NCBI GenBank assembly: GCA_963832155.1
Contig: CAWHTB010000002.1
Coordinates: 1,024,908-1,088,907, forward strand
DNA from: an uncultured Actinomycetes bacterium
Lineage (GTDB): Bacteria > Actinomycetota > Thermoleophilia > Solirubrobacterales > 70-9
DNA length: 64,000 bases
Reading direction: 5' to 3'
Shown here: positions 17,548-27,246 of the stretch, piece by piece
Position numbering within the stretch: position 1 is the first letter of the stretch
Layout of the letters: the number at the start of each line of letters is the position of its first letter
Notes under the pieces: model-generated
What the model saw: the letters and a program-made list of their open reading frames with translations, nothing else
What the model was told of the DNA's origin: nothing
Database searches by the model: none
Translations under genes and position numbers: made by a program

Positions 17548-19145
17548 CTGCGGTCCGCGGCATCGGGTATCTGGCTGATGGCGTGCTCGGCGAGTGCGGC
17601 GATCGTCAGGCTGGGGTTGACGCCGACGTTCGCCGGCACCGCCGCGCCGTCGCAGACCAGCAGGTTCTCGTAGCCGAAGACCCGCTGGTCGCGGTCGACG
17701 ACTCCGTCCTCCGGGCTGTGGCCGATCACCGCGCCGCCGAGGATGTGGGCGGTCGTCGGCACGTTCATCAGCGCCTCGTTGACCGAGCTCTGGGCGATCC
17801 CCCCGGTGCGCTCGGCCAGCCATTCGGCCGCTTCGTTGGCGACCGGGATGAAGGTCGGGGTGGGCCGGTCGGGATCCTGCTCGGTCTGCAGCCGCACGTC
17901 GCCTGAGCGCTTCAGCTTCGGCCGCAGCGCGATCGCGTTGTCGAGCGTCTGCATCACCAGGACGATGATCGTGCGGCGCGACCAGCCCTTCGGCCACATC
18001 ACCTGGGCGAAGCGAAGCGGGTGGCGGACGATCTGCGCCAGCAGCTTCAGCGGCCGGGTCACCCGGGTGCCGTCGCCGACCAGGAGGGTGTAGAGGGTGT
18101 TCATCGAGTCGCCCGCGGCGCCGTAGGTGACGGTCTCGATGTGGGTGTGCGGGTCGGGGTAGATGCTGGAGGTGATCGCCACCCGCTTGGTCAGGTCCTC
18201 GGGGTAGTCCTCGGGAACCGTGACGGCGAGGATCACCTCGCTGTTGGTCCGCACCAGCTCGCCGAGCCGGGAGGAGATTCGCGGCAGTGCGCCGCCGAGC
18301 CGGCAGCGCTGGAGCAGCTTGTTGGTGCCGAGCGGGCCGGCGGCGACGACGACGCCGCGGGCGGTGACGGTGCGGCGGCCGCGCCCGGGAAGCAGGCCGG
18401 AGCGCTCGCTCGCGACCGCGTAGCCATCGCTGCCGTCGGCGGCGCCGAGCGGGCGGATCTCGGTCACGGTGCGCTCGGGCGTCACCTCGGCCCCGCGCCG
18501 TTCGGCCAGCCAGAGGTAGTTCTTGACCAGCGTGTTCTTGGCCCCGTGCGGGCACCCGACCATGCACCGCCCGCACTGCATGCACCCGGTCCGGTCCGGT
18601 CCCTCGCCGCCGAAGTAGGGGTCGGGGACGGTCTTGCCGGGCTCGCCGAGGAAGATCCCGATCGGGGTCTTGCGGTAGGTGTCGCCGACCCCGAGCTGCT
18701 CGCCGAACTCGCGCAGGAGCTGGTCGGCGGGGTCGTCGTTGTCGTGGACGACGACGCCGAGCATCCGCTGCGCCTCGGCGTAGTGGGGCGCGAGCGTCGC
18801 CTCCCAGTCCTCGAGGTCCGCCCACTGCGGATCCTGGAAGAACTTGGACGGCGGCACGTAGAGGGTGTTGGCGTAGCCGAGGCTGCCGCCGCCGACCCCG
18901 CAGCCGCTGACCACGGCGACGTCCTTGAAAGGCGTCATCCGGAAGATCCCGCGGAGGCCGATGCGCGGCGCCCAGAAGTACCGGCGCAGGTCCCAGGTCG
19001 ACTTCGGGAAGTCCTTGTCGCCGAACCGGCGCCCGCACTCCAGCACGCCGACGCTGTAGCCCTTTTCGGCCAGGCGCAAGGCCGAGACCGAGCCGCCGAA
19101 GCCCGAGCCTACGACCAGCCAGTCGTAATCGAATTCCGCAGGCAT
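17520..19145 (-). CDS. GMC family FAD-dependent oxidoreductase (cholesterol/long-chain alcohol oxidase-like)
   Basis: Start set at ATG 19145 ([29 protein letters not shown], Rossmann GxGxxG); length 541 aa; 3' end overlaps sodA by 28 bp. Confidence 0.9.
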   Translation of the reverse strand: MPAEFDYDWLVVGSGFGGSVSALRLAEKGYSVGVLECGRRFGDKDFPKSTWDLRRYFWAPRIGLRGIFRMTPFKDVAVVSGCGVGGGSLGYANTLYVPPSKFFQDPQWADLEDWEATLAPHYAEAQRMLGVVVHDNDDPADQLLREFGEQLGVGDTYRKTPIGIFLGEPGKTVPDPYFGGEGPDRTGCMQCGRCMVGCPHGAKNTLVKNYLWLAERRGAEVTPERTVTEIRPLGAADGSDGYAVASERSGLLPGRGRRTVTARGVVVAAGPLGTNKLLQRCRLGGALPRISSRLGELVRTNSEVILAVTVPEDYPEDLTKRVAITSSIYPDPHTHIETVTYGAAGDSMNTLYTLLVGDGTRVTRPLKLLAQIVRHPLRFAQVMWPKGWSRRTIIVLVMQTLDNAIALRPKLKRSGDVRLQTEQDPDRPTPTFIPVANEAAEWLAERTGGIAQSSVNEALMNVPTTAHILGGAVIGHSPEDGVVDRDQRVFGYENLLVCDGAAVPANVGVNPSLTIAALAEHAISQIPDAADRSYSANLSAT

Positions 19146-19164
19146 GCGGCGGAGGGGGTGTGGA

Positions 19165-19356
19165 TCAGGCCTCGCCCGGCTCCAGGGGGCGGAAGTCGGT
19201 GGTCCGAGCACCGCAGACGGGGCAGAACCAGTCCTTCGGTATCTCCTCGAACGGGGTCCCGGGTGGGATGCCCCCGTCGGGATCCCCGATCTCCGGGTCG
19301 TAGATGAACCCGCAGCTGTCGCAGATCCACTGGGTCGCTTCGATAGTCGCGCTCAT
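19165..19356 (-). CDS. rubredoxin
   Basis: 63 aa with WICDSCGFIYDP...WFCPVCG, the two CxxC knuckles of rubredoxin. Confidence 0.9.
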   Translation of the reverse strand: MSATIEATQWICDSCGFIYDPEIGDPDGGIPPGTPFEEIPKDWFCPVCGARTTDFRPLEPGEA

Positions 19357-19374
19357 ACCTGGGATTCTAGAGCG

Positions 19375-19938
19375 TTATTTGTCGCCGAAGCTGACCGCGA
19401 CCGGCTCGCGCTCGGCGCCCTCGACCTCGAAGAACTCGCGCTCGGTGAAGCCGCCCTGGTTGGCGATGACCGAGCCGGGGAACTGTTCGATGTCGGTGTT
19501 GTAGGCCTGGACGTTGGAGTTGTAGATCCGCCGCGACGCCTGGATTTCGTCCTCCAGCTCGGAGAGGTTGCGGGTCAGCTGCTGGAAGTTCTCGGTCGCC
19601 CGCAGGGTCGGGTAGTTCTCGGCGACGGCGCGCAGTTCGGTCAGGGCGCCGCTCAGTTTCGACTCGGCCTTGGCGGTGTCGTCGACGCCACCGGCCTGCA
19701 TCGCCTCGGCCCGCGCTTTGGTCGCTTTCTCGAACACCTGGCTCTCGTGCTCGGCGTAGCCCTTGACCGTCTCGACCAGGTTGGGCACGAGGTCGTGCCG
19801 GCGCTTCAGCTGCACGTCGATCCCGCTCCAGGACTCGTCGACCCGGTTGCGGGCGGCGATGATCGAGTTGCGCTTCCCGATGAAGTAGAGGACCGCGATT
19901 ACGACTATCGCGACGACGACGATGATGGCGATGATCAT
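19375..19938 (-). CDS. LemA family protein
   Basis: N-terminal TM, then RNRVDESWSGIDVQLKRRHDLVPNLVETVKGYAEHE, a classic LemA sequence. Confidence 0.9.
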   Translation of the reverse strand: MIIAIIVVVAIVVIAVLYFIGKRNSIIAARNRVDESWSGIDVQLKRRHDLVPNLVETVKGYAEHESQVFEKATKARAEAMQAGGVDDTAKAESKLSGALTELRAVAENYPTLRATENFQQLTRNLSELEDEIQASRRIYNSNVQAYNTDIEQFPGSVIANQGGFTEREFFEVEGAEREPVAVSFGDK

Positions 19939-20023
19939 GGGAGCTCCTGTGGTCGAACCGCGGTTGGACCCAATCCTAACGCCGTCGCCCCGCGCCTTCC
20001 GCGATTGCGCCTAGGATCGGCCG

Positions 20024-20695
20024 ATGGGTGCCAAGCAGGAAGCGCAGGAATGGACCGAGGCGGTGCGCCGCTACGGCGAGCGCAACGGCCTCACCTACGA
20101 GGAGGTCGGCGGGATCAATCCCAAAGACGGGCCGGTGGCGCTCTGCGTGGGCGGGGTCAACCGCCTCACCGGCCAGCTCGCCGAGGGGTTCTGGGGGTCC
20201 TCCTGCGACGCCGACGAAAAGGAGGCTGGCGGTCTCTTCGCCAAGGCGGTGCTGCCGACCGCCGTCCTCGCCAAGGCGCACATGCCGGATCTGGCCGAGG
20301 TCGCCCCCGCCTTCAACGTCGAGTCGATCGAGGGCCACGAGGCGGTGACCCAGCGCTTCTCCCGCAAGGTCGAGTTCGAGTCGATCGAGTTCAACCGGCG
20401 CTTTCTCGCCACGGTGCCGAAGGAGTACGACCCCGTCGCCCTGCGGGAGCTGTTCGGCCCCGGTTTCCTCGGCTGGGTGACGACGATGACCGGGGAGATC
20501 GACTTCGGCATCAACGACCGCCAGCTCTGGTTTCTCTGGCGGCTGCATGAGCGCACCGAAGCGGAGCTGAAAAGCGCCCTGAAGAACGCCGGCGAGCTGT
20601 TCAAACGACTCCAGGGCGAGATGGAGGAGAGCGGCATCAACACCTATCCACCGGGCCCCTGGCACGCGGGGCTGGAGCCTTTTCCGGCGAGCTAG
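20024..20695 (+). CDS. hypothetical protein
   Basis: 223-aa ORF with balanced composition and good GC3 bias; divergent from LemA; no family recognised. Confidence 0.6.
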   Translation: MGAKQEAQEWTEAVRRYGERNGLTYEEVGGINPKDGPVALCVGGVNRLTGQLAEGFWGSSCDADEKEAGGLFAKAVLPTAVLAKAHMPDLAEVAPAFNVESIEGHEAVTQRFSRKVEFESIEFNRRFLATVPKEYDPVALRELFGPGFLGWVTTMTGEIDFGINDRQLWFLWRLHERTEAELKSALKNAGELFKRLQGEMEESGINTYPPGPWHAGLEPFPAS

Positions 20696-20713
20696 CGCCG
20701 CGCTGCGGTTGCC

Positions 20714-21355
20714 TCAGGCGGGGTAGTCGGGGTCGCCGGGCAGGACCACGCGGTGGTCTTCGCGGGTGCCGATCACCTTCGGCAGGATCGCCTCCACGGC
20801 GCGGCCGCGGTGGGCGGTGATCGCCTCCTCGGCGGTGCCGTACTCGACCAGCGAGTGGAGCTGACTGAGGGTCGGGAAGGCCAGCGTCAGCTCGCCGGCC
20901 GCCTGGGCCTCGAGCGCCGCCGCGGGCTGGAACCACCGGGCCTCGGTGGTCTCGACGCCGTCGGCGGTGGGGGGCGTGTGCGCGGGGGCGAGGGCGAGGA
21001 AGAACCAGGCGTCGTACCGGGTCGCAATCACCTCCGGCGTGATCCAGCGCGAGAACAGCACCAGCTCCGAGCCGGCCGGCAGCTCGATGCCCGCCTCCTC
21101 GCTGAGCTCGCGCATCGCGCAGGCCCGGTGGCCGTTCTCGCCCTCACCGTCGACAGGGTCGACGGCGCCGCCGGGAAAGACCCAGACGCCGGGCATGAAC
21201 TTGGCCTCCTCACTGCGCTTCAGCAGGAGCAGCTCGAGTGCGCGTTCGGAGTGTTTGCCGCCGCGCCGCAGCAGCACCACAGAGGCGGCGGGCCGGGGGG
21301 TGGAGGGCTCCCCGAAGTTCGGCTGCTCACCCGACCCACGCCGCCTCTCGCCCAT
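20714..21355 (-). CDS. NUDIX hydrolase
   Basis: Nudix box GGAVDPVDGEGENGHRACAMRELSEEAGIEL (GX5EX7REUXEEXGU). Confidence 0.85.
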   Translation of the reverse strand: MGERRRGSGEQPNFGEPSTPRPAASVVLLRRGGKHSERALELLLLKRSEEAKFMPGVWVFPGGAVDPVDGEGENGHRACAMRELSEEAGIELPAGSELVLFSRWITPEVIATRYDAWFFLALAPAHTPPTADGVETTEARWFQPAAALEAQAAGELTLAFPTLSQLHSLVEYGTAEEAITAHRGRAVEAILPKVIGTREDHRVVLPGDPDYPA

Positions 21356-21379
21356 CCGCCCACCCTATAAGGACGTGTC

Positions 21380-22510
21380 TTAGCTGAGGGCGCGTTCGCG
21401 GCCGCGGCGCAGCCAGGCGCGGTGGGCCAGCCAGGCGAGGAGGGCGATCAGAGCGATCGGGCCGAGTACCGCGAGGGAGACGAGGGTGACGGCGGCGGCG
21501 ATCGCGAGGATGTGGCCAGCGTCATCGAGGGCATCGCCGATGCCCCAGGTTCCGCCGCCGGAGGAGGACGCACCGCCGGTCTCGATTGCCACCGAGACCC
21601 GCGAGAAGTTGGCGCGGCGGTCCAGCTTGGCCAGCCGGGTGCGCAGGAAGGCGGCGTGGCGGCGCTCGCCGCGCAGCTCGGTTTCCACCGCTTCGCGCTC
21701 GGATTCGGTTTCCGCCGCGGCCAGCTGGCCGAGCAGGCCGTCGATCCGTGCCCGGGAGTCCTGCAGCCGCTCCTCGACCCCGACGGTCGGGGCGGTGATG
21801 TCGGCGGTCGCCTCCTGGCGCGACCGGACCTGATCGATCGCCGAGAGGTCGGCCAGAGCGTCGCCCAGGTTGGCGCTCGGGATCAGTAGGTCGAAATCTG
21901 CCCTCGCCCTGCCCGCCGGGCCCTCGACGGTCGAGGAGCGGAGGACTATTCCTTTGGCGGCCTGGACGGCGTCGAAGACCTCGTCGGCGTCCTCGGCGAG
22001 GTCGGCTGGGTCGGCTCCGAGGACGATCTCGGCAGAGCGTTCGACGTCGCGGTTGGCGGCGGCTGCGGCGTATGAGGGGCTTAGCGGGGAGTCCGTCTCG
22101 GCGATCCCACCACTCGTCGTGGGGACTACGTTTGAGAGCTGAGGCAATGGCCTCCCGGCCCCTTGCTTCGCACCGGCAGGCTCTTCGAAGAACCCCTTGG
22201 AGTCCCTGTCGGATGGCTTGGCGGCGGACTGCGGCCCCACCGTGGGGTCCGACTCCGTACCGACCACCACCACCGTGGCAACCGCGATCGCGGCCAGGGC
22301 GGTGGCGCCGGTGGAGAGCATCAGGCGGCGGGGCGAGAGCGCGCGCAGGCGCTCCCCGACGCCGGCCAGCGCCGAGCCGTGGAGCCAAGAACGGCGCGGG
22401 AAGCCCGCGGCTGCCCTCTCGTCCAGCTCGGCCGCGAAGGTCGGCTGCGGCGCGGGCCGCAGGGCTCGCAGCTCGGCCGCCAGCTCGGCGTCGTCCCTAT
22501 GCGGATTCAT
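21380..22510 (-). CDS. anti-sigma factor-like membrane protein with DUF4349-like domain
   Basis: Overlaps the 3' end of the ECF sigma gene by 14 bp. Has an internal TM, a coiled-coil region (IDGLLGQLAAAETESEREAVETELRGERRHAAFLRTRLAKLDRR) and a C-terminal TM, as in DUF4349 proteins. Confidence 0.7.
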   Translation of the reverse strand: MNPHRDDAELAAELRALRPAPQPTFAAELDERAAAGFPRRSWLHGSALAGVGERLRALSPRRLMLSTGATALAAIAVATVVVVGTESDPTVGPQSAAKPSDRDSKGFFEEPAGAKQGAGRPLPQLSNVVPTTSGGIAETDSPLSPSYAAAAANRDVERSAEIVLGADPADLAEDADEVFDAVQAAKGIVLRSSTVEGPAGRARADFDLLIPSANLGDALADLSAIDQVRSRQEATADITAPTVGVEERLQDSRARIDGLLGQLAAAETESEREAVETELRGERRHAAFLRTRLAKLDRRANFSRVSVAIETGGASSSGGGTWGIGDALDDAGHILAIAAAVTLVSLAVLGPIALIALLAWLAHRAWLRRGRERALS

Positions 22511-23036
22511 CGCATGCCTCCCTCAGTTTGGTCATTGCGCGGTGCAGCTTGGTGCCGGCGTTCGACTCGGAGATCCCGAGGACCCTGGCGATCTCGGCGT
22601 TGGTCAGGCCGGCGAAGAACTTGAGCGCGATCAGCTCGCGCTCTCGCGAGTCGAGGTGCGACAGCGCGGCGGCGAGTGCCAGCCGGCGCTCGCGCGCCTC
22701 CACACCGTCCTCGAAATCCGGTTCTGAAAGATCGGCTTGCTCCGCCGTCAGCTCAGCACGGCGGCCGCGCCGGCGCAGCTCATCGAGCGCGGCGTTGCGG
22801 GCGATCCCGAACAGCCAGGCGCGCGGTTCCCCCCGCTCGGGGTCGAAGCGGGAGCGCTTCCGGTAGGCGCGCTCGAAGGCGGTCGCCGTCACTTCCTCGG
22901 CGGCGGCGCGGTCGCGCACCAGGCTGGCGACGTAGGCGTAGACGTCGTCGCGGCTGGTCCGGTAGAGGCGATCGAAGGCGGGGGAGGCCTCCCGCGGTGC
23001 CTCCTCGGCGCTGGCGACCAGGGTCTGACTCGTCAT
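22497..23036 (-). CDS. ECF-type RNA polymerase sigma-70 factor
   Basis: Start at ATG 23036 (MTSQTL). Region 2 (DDVYAYVASLVRDRAAAEEVTATAFERAY, WLFGIARNAALD) and region 4 HTH (LTNAEIARVLGISESNAGTKLHRA). Confidence 0.85.
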   Translation of the reverse strand: MTSQTLVASAEEAPREASPAFDRLYRTSRDDVYAYVASLVRDRAAAEEVTATAFERAYRKRSRFDPERGEPRAWLFGIARNAALDELRRRGRRAELTAEQADLSEPDFEDGVEARERRLALAAALSHLDSRERELIALKFFAGLTNAEIARVLGISESNAGTKLHRAMTKLREACDESA

Positions 23037-23082
23037 GCCCCTACTACGGCCTGCCGCCGGATCCATCACATATGAGTATCGG

Positions 23083-24411
23083 TCAGGCGGCTTGGCGGAG
23101 CTGCACCCGCGGCTCCGCCGGGGCGGAGCGACCCGAGATCCGGGCAGCCTCGATCGAGACCGAGGTGATCTCGAGCAGCTGCCCCAGCTCCTCCTCGGTG
23201 ATCGAAAGCGGCGGGACGAGGACGACGGTGTCCCCGAGCGGGCGCACGATCGCACCGCGCTTGCGCGCCTCCAGCGTCACCCGGTGACCCATCCGCCGGG
23301 ACGGGTCGTGCTTGCCGAGGTCGATGCCGACCATGAAGCCCCGGCCCCGCACCTCGGCCACCTCCAGCATCGCCTCGATCTCGGCCAGGAGCTCGCCGAG
23401 CAGGCGGATCTTCGGCTGCAGCCGCAGGATCGTCCGCTCGGTCTCGAAGACGTCGAGGCTGGCGATCGCGGCCGCGCAGGCCAGCGGGTTGCCGGTGTAG
23501 GTGTGGCCATGGAAGAAGGTCCGCTGCTCCTCGGGCGTGCCGAGGAAGCCCTCGTAGATCCGCTCGGTGGCCAGCGTCGCGGCCAGCGGCAGGTAGCCGC
23601 CGGTGAGGCCCTTGGCGAGGCACATCAGGTCGGGTGCGACTTCCTCCTGGTCGCAGGCGAACATCGTCCCGGTGCGGCCGAAGCCGGTGGCGACCTCGTC
23701 GCAGATCAGCAGGATGCCGTAGTGGTCGCAGAGTTCGCGGACCGCCCGCAGGTAGCCGGGGGGGTGGACGAGGATGCCGGCCGCCCCCTGCACCAGCGGC
23801 TCGACGATCACGGCGGCGATCTCCTCCGCGTGGACCGAGAGGATCCGCGCCAGGCTCGACGCGTCGCCGGGCTCGGCCGCGTGGGTGTCGAAGAGGAGGG
23901 GCCCGTAGGCGGAGTGGAAGAGGTCGATGCCGCCGACCGAGACGGAGCCGATCGTGTCGCCGTGGTAGGCGTCGCGGAGGCGGACGAAGGAGGTTCGAGC
24001 CGTGTGCTCCCCGCCGCGCTGCTGCTGGTACTGGAAGGCCATCTTCAGCGCGATCTCCGCCGCGGTCGAGCCGGAGTCCGAGTAGAAGACCCGGGAGAGA
24101 CCGGATGGGGCGATCTCCACCAGCCGGCCGGCGAGCTCTGAGGCGCCAGGGTGCCCGAGGCCGAGCATCGTCGAGTGGGAGATCCGGTCGACCTGGTCGT
24201 GCACCGCCCGGTCGATCGTCGGGTGCCGGTGCCCGTGGACGTTGCACCAGAGCGAGGAGACGCCGTCGATGTAGCGGCGACCGTCGCTGTCGATCACATA
24301 GGAGCCCTCGCCCCGCTCGACAATCAGCGGTTCTTCTTCTGCCCAGCCCTGCTGCTGGGTGAATGGATGCCAGAGATGCTCTCGATCGAGACGTGCGAAG
24401 TCGACCGACAT
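23083..24411 (-). CDS. bioA: adenosylmethionine-8-amino-7-oxononanoate aminotransferase
   Basis: Class III aminotransferase. Start at ATG 24411 (MSVDFARLDREHLWHPFTQ), with FYSDSGSTAAEIALKMA, LICDEVATGFGRTG and CLAKGLTGGY as in BioA. Confidence 0.9.
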   Translation of the reverse strand: MSVDFARLDREHLWHPFTQQQGWAEEEPLIVERGEGSYVIDSDGRRYIDGVSSLWCNVHGHRHPTIDRAVHDQVDRISHSTMLGLGHPGASELAGRLVEIAPSGLSRVFYSDSGSTAAEIALKMAFQYQQQRGGEHTARTSFVRLRDAYHGDTIGSVSVGGIDLFHSAYGPLLFDTHAAEPGDASSLARILSVHAEEIAAVIVEPLVQGAAGILVHPPGYLRAVRELCDHYGILLICDEVATGFGRTGTMFACDQEEVAPDLMCLAKGLTGGYLPLAATLATERIYEGFLGTPEEQRTFFHGHTYTGNPLACAAAIASLDVFETERTILRLQPKIRLLGELLAEIEAMLEVAEVRGRGFMVGIDLGKHDPSRRMGHRVTLEARKRGAIVRPLGDTVVLVPPLSITEEELGQLLEITSVSIEAARISGRSAPAEPRVQLRQAA

Positions 24412-24507
24412 CAAAACGACCCTAGCCGTGGGGTCGGCCGGAATGGAACCCCTTCGTAACGGGAGACCCCCCAAATAGCGTGAGGCTGAGTGACATGGAT
24501 CACACGA

Positions 24508-24552
24508 GCAAATATTGTGCTGTCGAAATGATTGCGCTTATGCAAATATTGT
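24508..24552. promoter_or_regulatory. two exact copies of GCAAATATTGT (candidate MarR operator)
   Basis: Copies at 24508-24518 and 24542-24552, 34 bp apart, in the bioA/marR divergent intergenic region. The second ends 4 nt before the marR ATG. Confidence 0.4.
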
Positions 24553-24555
24553 CGT

Positions 24556-25089
24556 ATGCAAGCCACGCACGCGAAGGCGATCGCCGAGAAGGCGACTTCC
24601 CGGGTCGGGACAGAGGAGCATGAGACCGCCGCCAGGCTGACGGCGCTGTTTCGCCATCTCTTCCTCTACGACCGTGGCAACGTGCTGCGGGTGATCGAGG
24701 AGTCCGGGCTCTCGATGACCCAGTCCAAGGCGCTGCTGGAGCTTGGCGGCCTGGGGGGAGAGGTGGAGACCTGGCAGGTCGGTGACTTGGCCGAGGTCTT
24801 TGGCGTCTCCGTTCCCTCGATGAGCAGGGCGGTCGACGCCCTGGTCAAGGCCGGGCTGGCGACGCGGGTCGAGGATCCCGAGGACCGGCGCGCCCGCCAG
24901 GTGAAGATCACCGGCAAGGGGAAGGAGCTCGTCGACACCCTTCTCACCCTGCGCCAGACCGGGATCGAGACTTTCGCGGCGGGCCTCAGCCCTGCCCAGC
25001 GGCGCAAGCTCGACGCCGCGGTGGACTCGTTGATGGACCGCGAGGACATCGCCGCGACCTACGAGCACCTGAAAGGCGAGCGCGCTTGA
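24556..25089 (+). CDS. MarR family transcriptional regulator
   Basis: Winged-helix region LSMTQSKALLELG...VGDLAEVFGVSVPSMSRAVDALVKAGLATRVEDPEDRRARQVKITGKG. Confidence 0.85.
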   Translation: MQATHAKAIAEKATSRVGTEEHETAARLTALFRHLFLYDRGNVLRVIEESGLSMTQSKALLELGGLGGEVETWQVGDLAEVFGVSVPSMSRAVDALVKAGLATRVEDPEDRRARQVKITGKGKELVDTLLTLRQTGIETFAAGLSPAQRRKLDAAVDSLMDREDIAATYEHLKGERA

Positions 25090-26543
25090 CTCGCTACCGC
25101 CACCTGATCACCGACGAGAACCGCCGCTGGTGGACTCTAGGGGCGATGTGTTTCGCGCTGTTCATGATCATGCTCGACAACACGGTCGTGAACGTCGCCC
25201 TGCCGTCGATCCAGCGCGACCTCGGGGCCTCGATCTCCGGCCTGGAGTGGACGATCAACGGCTACACGCTCTCCTTCGCGGTGCTGCTGGCGACCGGGGG
25301 GCGGCTCGGCGACATCTTCGGGCGCCGCCGGATGTTCCTGATCGGCGTCGTCATCTTCGCCGCCTCCTCCGCCACCGCCGGGCTGGCTCCGGACCAGACC
25401 TCGCTGGTCCTCAGCCGCGTCGTCCAGGGCGTCGGCGCCGCGCTGATGATGCCGGGGACGCTCTCGATCATCACCGATGCCTTTCCGCCCGAGGAGCGCG
25501 GCAAGGCGATGGGGACGTGGGCGGGGGTCTCCGCGCTGGCGCTGGCGATCGGGCCTGTGCTGGGCGGCTTCCTCACCGAGCACGTCAGCTGGCGGGCGAT
25601 CTTCTACATCAACATCCCGGTCGCGATCGGCGCGGTCGTGGCGACGCTGTTCGCGGTGCGCGAGTCTCGCGACACCTCGGTCGGCCGCGACGTCGACTAC
25701 GCCGGCGTCGCCGTTCTCACCGCCGGGCTCACCGCCCTCGTCCTGGCCCTGGTCGAGGGCAACAGCTGGGGCTGGGGATCGCCGCAGATCATCGGCCTCC
25801 TGGCGGTTGCCGCGGTGGCGCTGCCGGCCTTCGTCGCGGTTGAGAACCGGGTCAAGGCGCCGATGGTCCAGTTCGAGCTGCTCTCCGATCGGAACTTCCT
25901 CGGCGCTGTCGTGGTCGCGCTGATCATCAGCTTCGCGATGCTCGGAGTCTTTTTCTTCCTCGCCCTCTACATGCAGAACATCCTCCACTACTCGCCGCTG
26001 GAGGCGGGCATCCGGTTCCTGCCGTCGACCCTGATGATCGTCGCCGTGGCGCCGGTCGCCGGCCGGCTCTCGGACCGGGTCGGGCCTCGCTGGCTGATCG
26101 CCGGCGGGCTCGCGCTCGTCACCGCCTCGCTGCTCTCGTTCAGCGGGATCGCCATCGACTCCGGCTATCTCGACCTGCTCCCCGGCTTCATGCTGCTCGG
26201 CATCGGGATCGCGATGACGATGTCGCCGATGACGAGCGCGGCGATGAACGCGGTGCCGGTGCAAAAAGCCGGGGTTGCCTCCGGCGTCCTCTCGATGTTC
26301 CGGATGGTCGGCGGGACCCTCGGTATCGCGATTACCGGGGCGATTTTCCAGGGAGCCGTCGGCGGCAGCTTTGAGAGTGCGAGCCCGCAGCAATTCGTCG
26401 ACGCGCTGAGCGAGGCGATGCTCGTCTCCGCGGCGGTGGCATTTGCCGGCGCGGTCGTCGGCGCGATCGCGATCCGCGCCAAGCCGAGAAAGACGACGAT
26501 CGAGACGGCCGATGCTGGTCCTGTTGCCCCCGTCGGAGGGTAA
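25086..26543 (+). CDS. MFS transporter, DHA2 (EmrB/QacA) drug-efflux family
   Basis: 485 aa, about 14 TM. Motifs LDNTVVNVALPSIQRDL and GRLGDIFGRRRMF; TTG start overlaps the marR stop. Confidence 0.9.
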   Translation: MTRYRHLITDENRRWWTLGAMCFALFMIMLDNTVVNVALPSIQRDLGASISGLEWTINGYTLSFAVLLATGGRLGDIFGRRRMFLIGVVIFAASSATAGLAPDQTSLVLSRVVQGVGAALMMPGTLSIITDAFPPEERGKAMGTWAGVSALALAIGPVLGGFLTEHVSWRAIFYINIPVAIGAVVATLFAVRESRDTSVGRDVDYAGVAVLTAGLTALVLALVEGNSWGWGSPQIIGLLAVAAVALPAFVAVENRVKAPMVQFELLSDRNFLGAVVVALIISFAMLGVFFFLALYMQNILHYSPLEAGIRFLPSTLMIVAVAPVAGRLSDRVGPRWLIAGGLALVTASLLSFSGIAIDSGYLDLLPGFMLLGIGIAMTMSPMTSAAMNAVPVQKAGVASGVLSMFRMVGGTLGIAITGAIFQGAVGGSFESASPQQFVDALSEAMLVSAAVAFAGAVVGAIAIRAKPRKTTIETADAGPVAPVGG

Positions 26544-27246
26544 GGCGGCGCCCGACGGGGGTGAGTCGCTGGACCTTGGGTCGCTCGCTTTCGCCGAGTC
26601 GCTCGGCGACCGCCGCGAGGCGGTTCTCGACGCGCTCGAAGGGCTTGCTGCCCTGCCGCGCGAGAAGGCGGTCGCGACGCTCGCCGTGAGCAAGGGCCAG
26701 GCCGGAGAGGTCGATGTTGACGCACGGCTGCGGGCTGCCCCCGCGGCGCCGGCGGCCGAGGTCTACACCGGGGTCCTCTACGACCACCTCGGCCTGCCGG
26801 ACCTGCCGGCGGCCGCGCGCGGCCGGGTCCTGATCTCCAGCGCCCTCTGGGGCGTGGTGCGGCCGCAGGACCGTATTCCCTACTACCGCTTCTCGGCCAA
26901 GGCGCGGCTGGACGGGATCGGGGCGCCGGCGTCGTGGTGGCGCCCGGCGCTCGCCGAGGCGATGCCGGACGAGCCCGGTGACCTCGTCGTCGATATGCGT
27001 TCTGCCGCCTACGCCGCCGCCTGGAAGCCGAAGCGGGCGACCCTGCTGGCGGTGCGGGCGTTCACCGAGAATGGCGGCAAGCGCAAGCCGGTGTCCCATA
27101 TGGCGAAGGCGGTGCGGGGTGACCTCGCTCGAGCACTGCTGGTGGCGAAGAAGCCGCCGGCGGACCCCGAGTCCGCCGCCGCGATCGCCGAGGCGGCCGG
27201 CTTCACCGTCGAGCTCGCTCCCGGCAACCTCGACGTGATCGTCTAG
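26512..27246 (+). CDS. YaaA-like peroxide stress protein (UPF0246/DUF328)
   Basis: Start at ATG 26512 (MLVLLPPSEGK). VYTGVLYDHL, ALWGVVRPQDRIPYYR and HMAKAVRG parallel E. coli YaaA. Confidence 0.8.
   Translation: MLVLLPPSEGKAAPDGGESLDLGSLAFAESLGDRREAVLDALEGLAALPREKAVATLAVSKGQAGEVDVDARLRAAPAAPAAEVYTGVLYDHLGLPDLPAAARGRVLISSALWGVVRPQDRIPYYRFSAKARLDGIGAPASWWRPALAEAMPDEPGDLVVDMRSAAYAAAWKPKRATLLAVRAFTENGGKRKPVSHMAKAVRGDLARALLVAKKPPADPESAAAIAEAAGFTVELAPGNLDVIV

Noticed and set aside
25137-26693. 518-aa minus-strand ORF over the MFS transporter; similar long R/P/G-rich ORFs include 17422..19038, 18021..19307, 23066..24247, 30276..31757, 56279..58075 and 53988..55715
   Set aside because: Composition is extreme in Arg/Pro/Gly/Asp with no recognisable domains. 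Each overlaps a gene with strong family signatures in another frame. These are shadow frames expected at about 70% GC.
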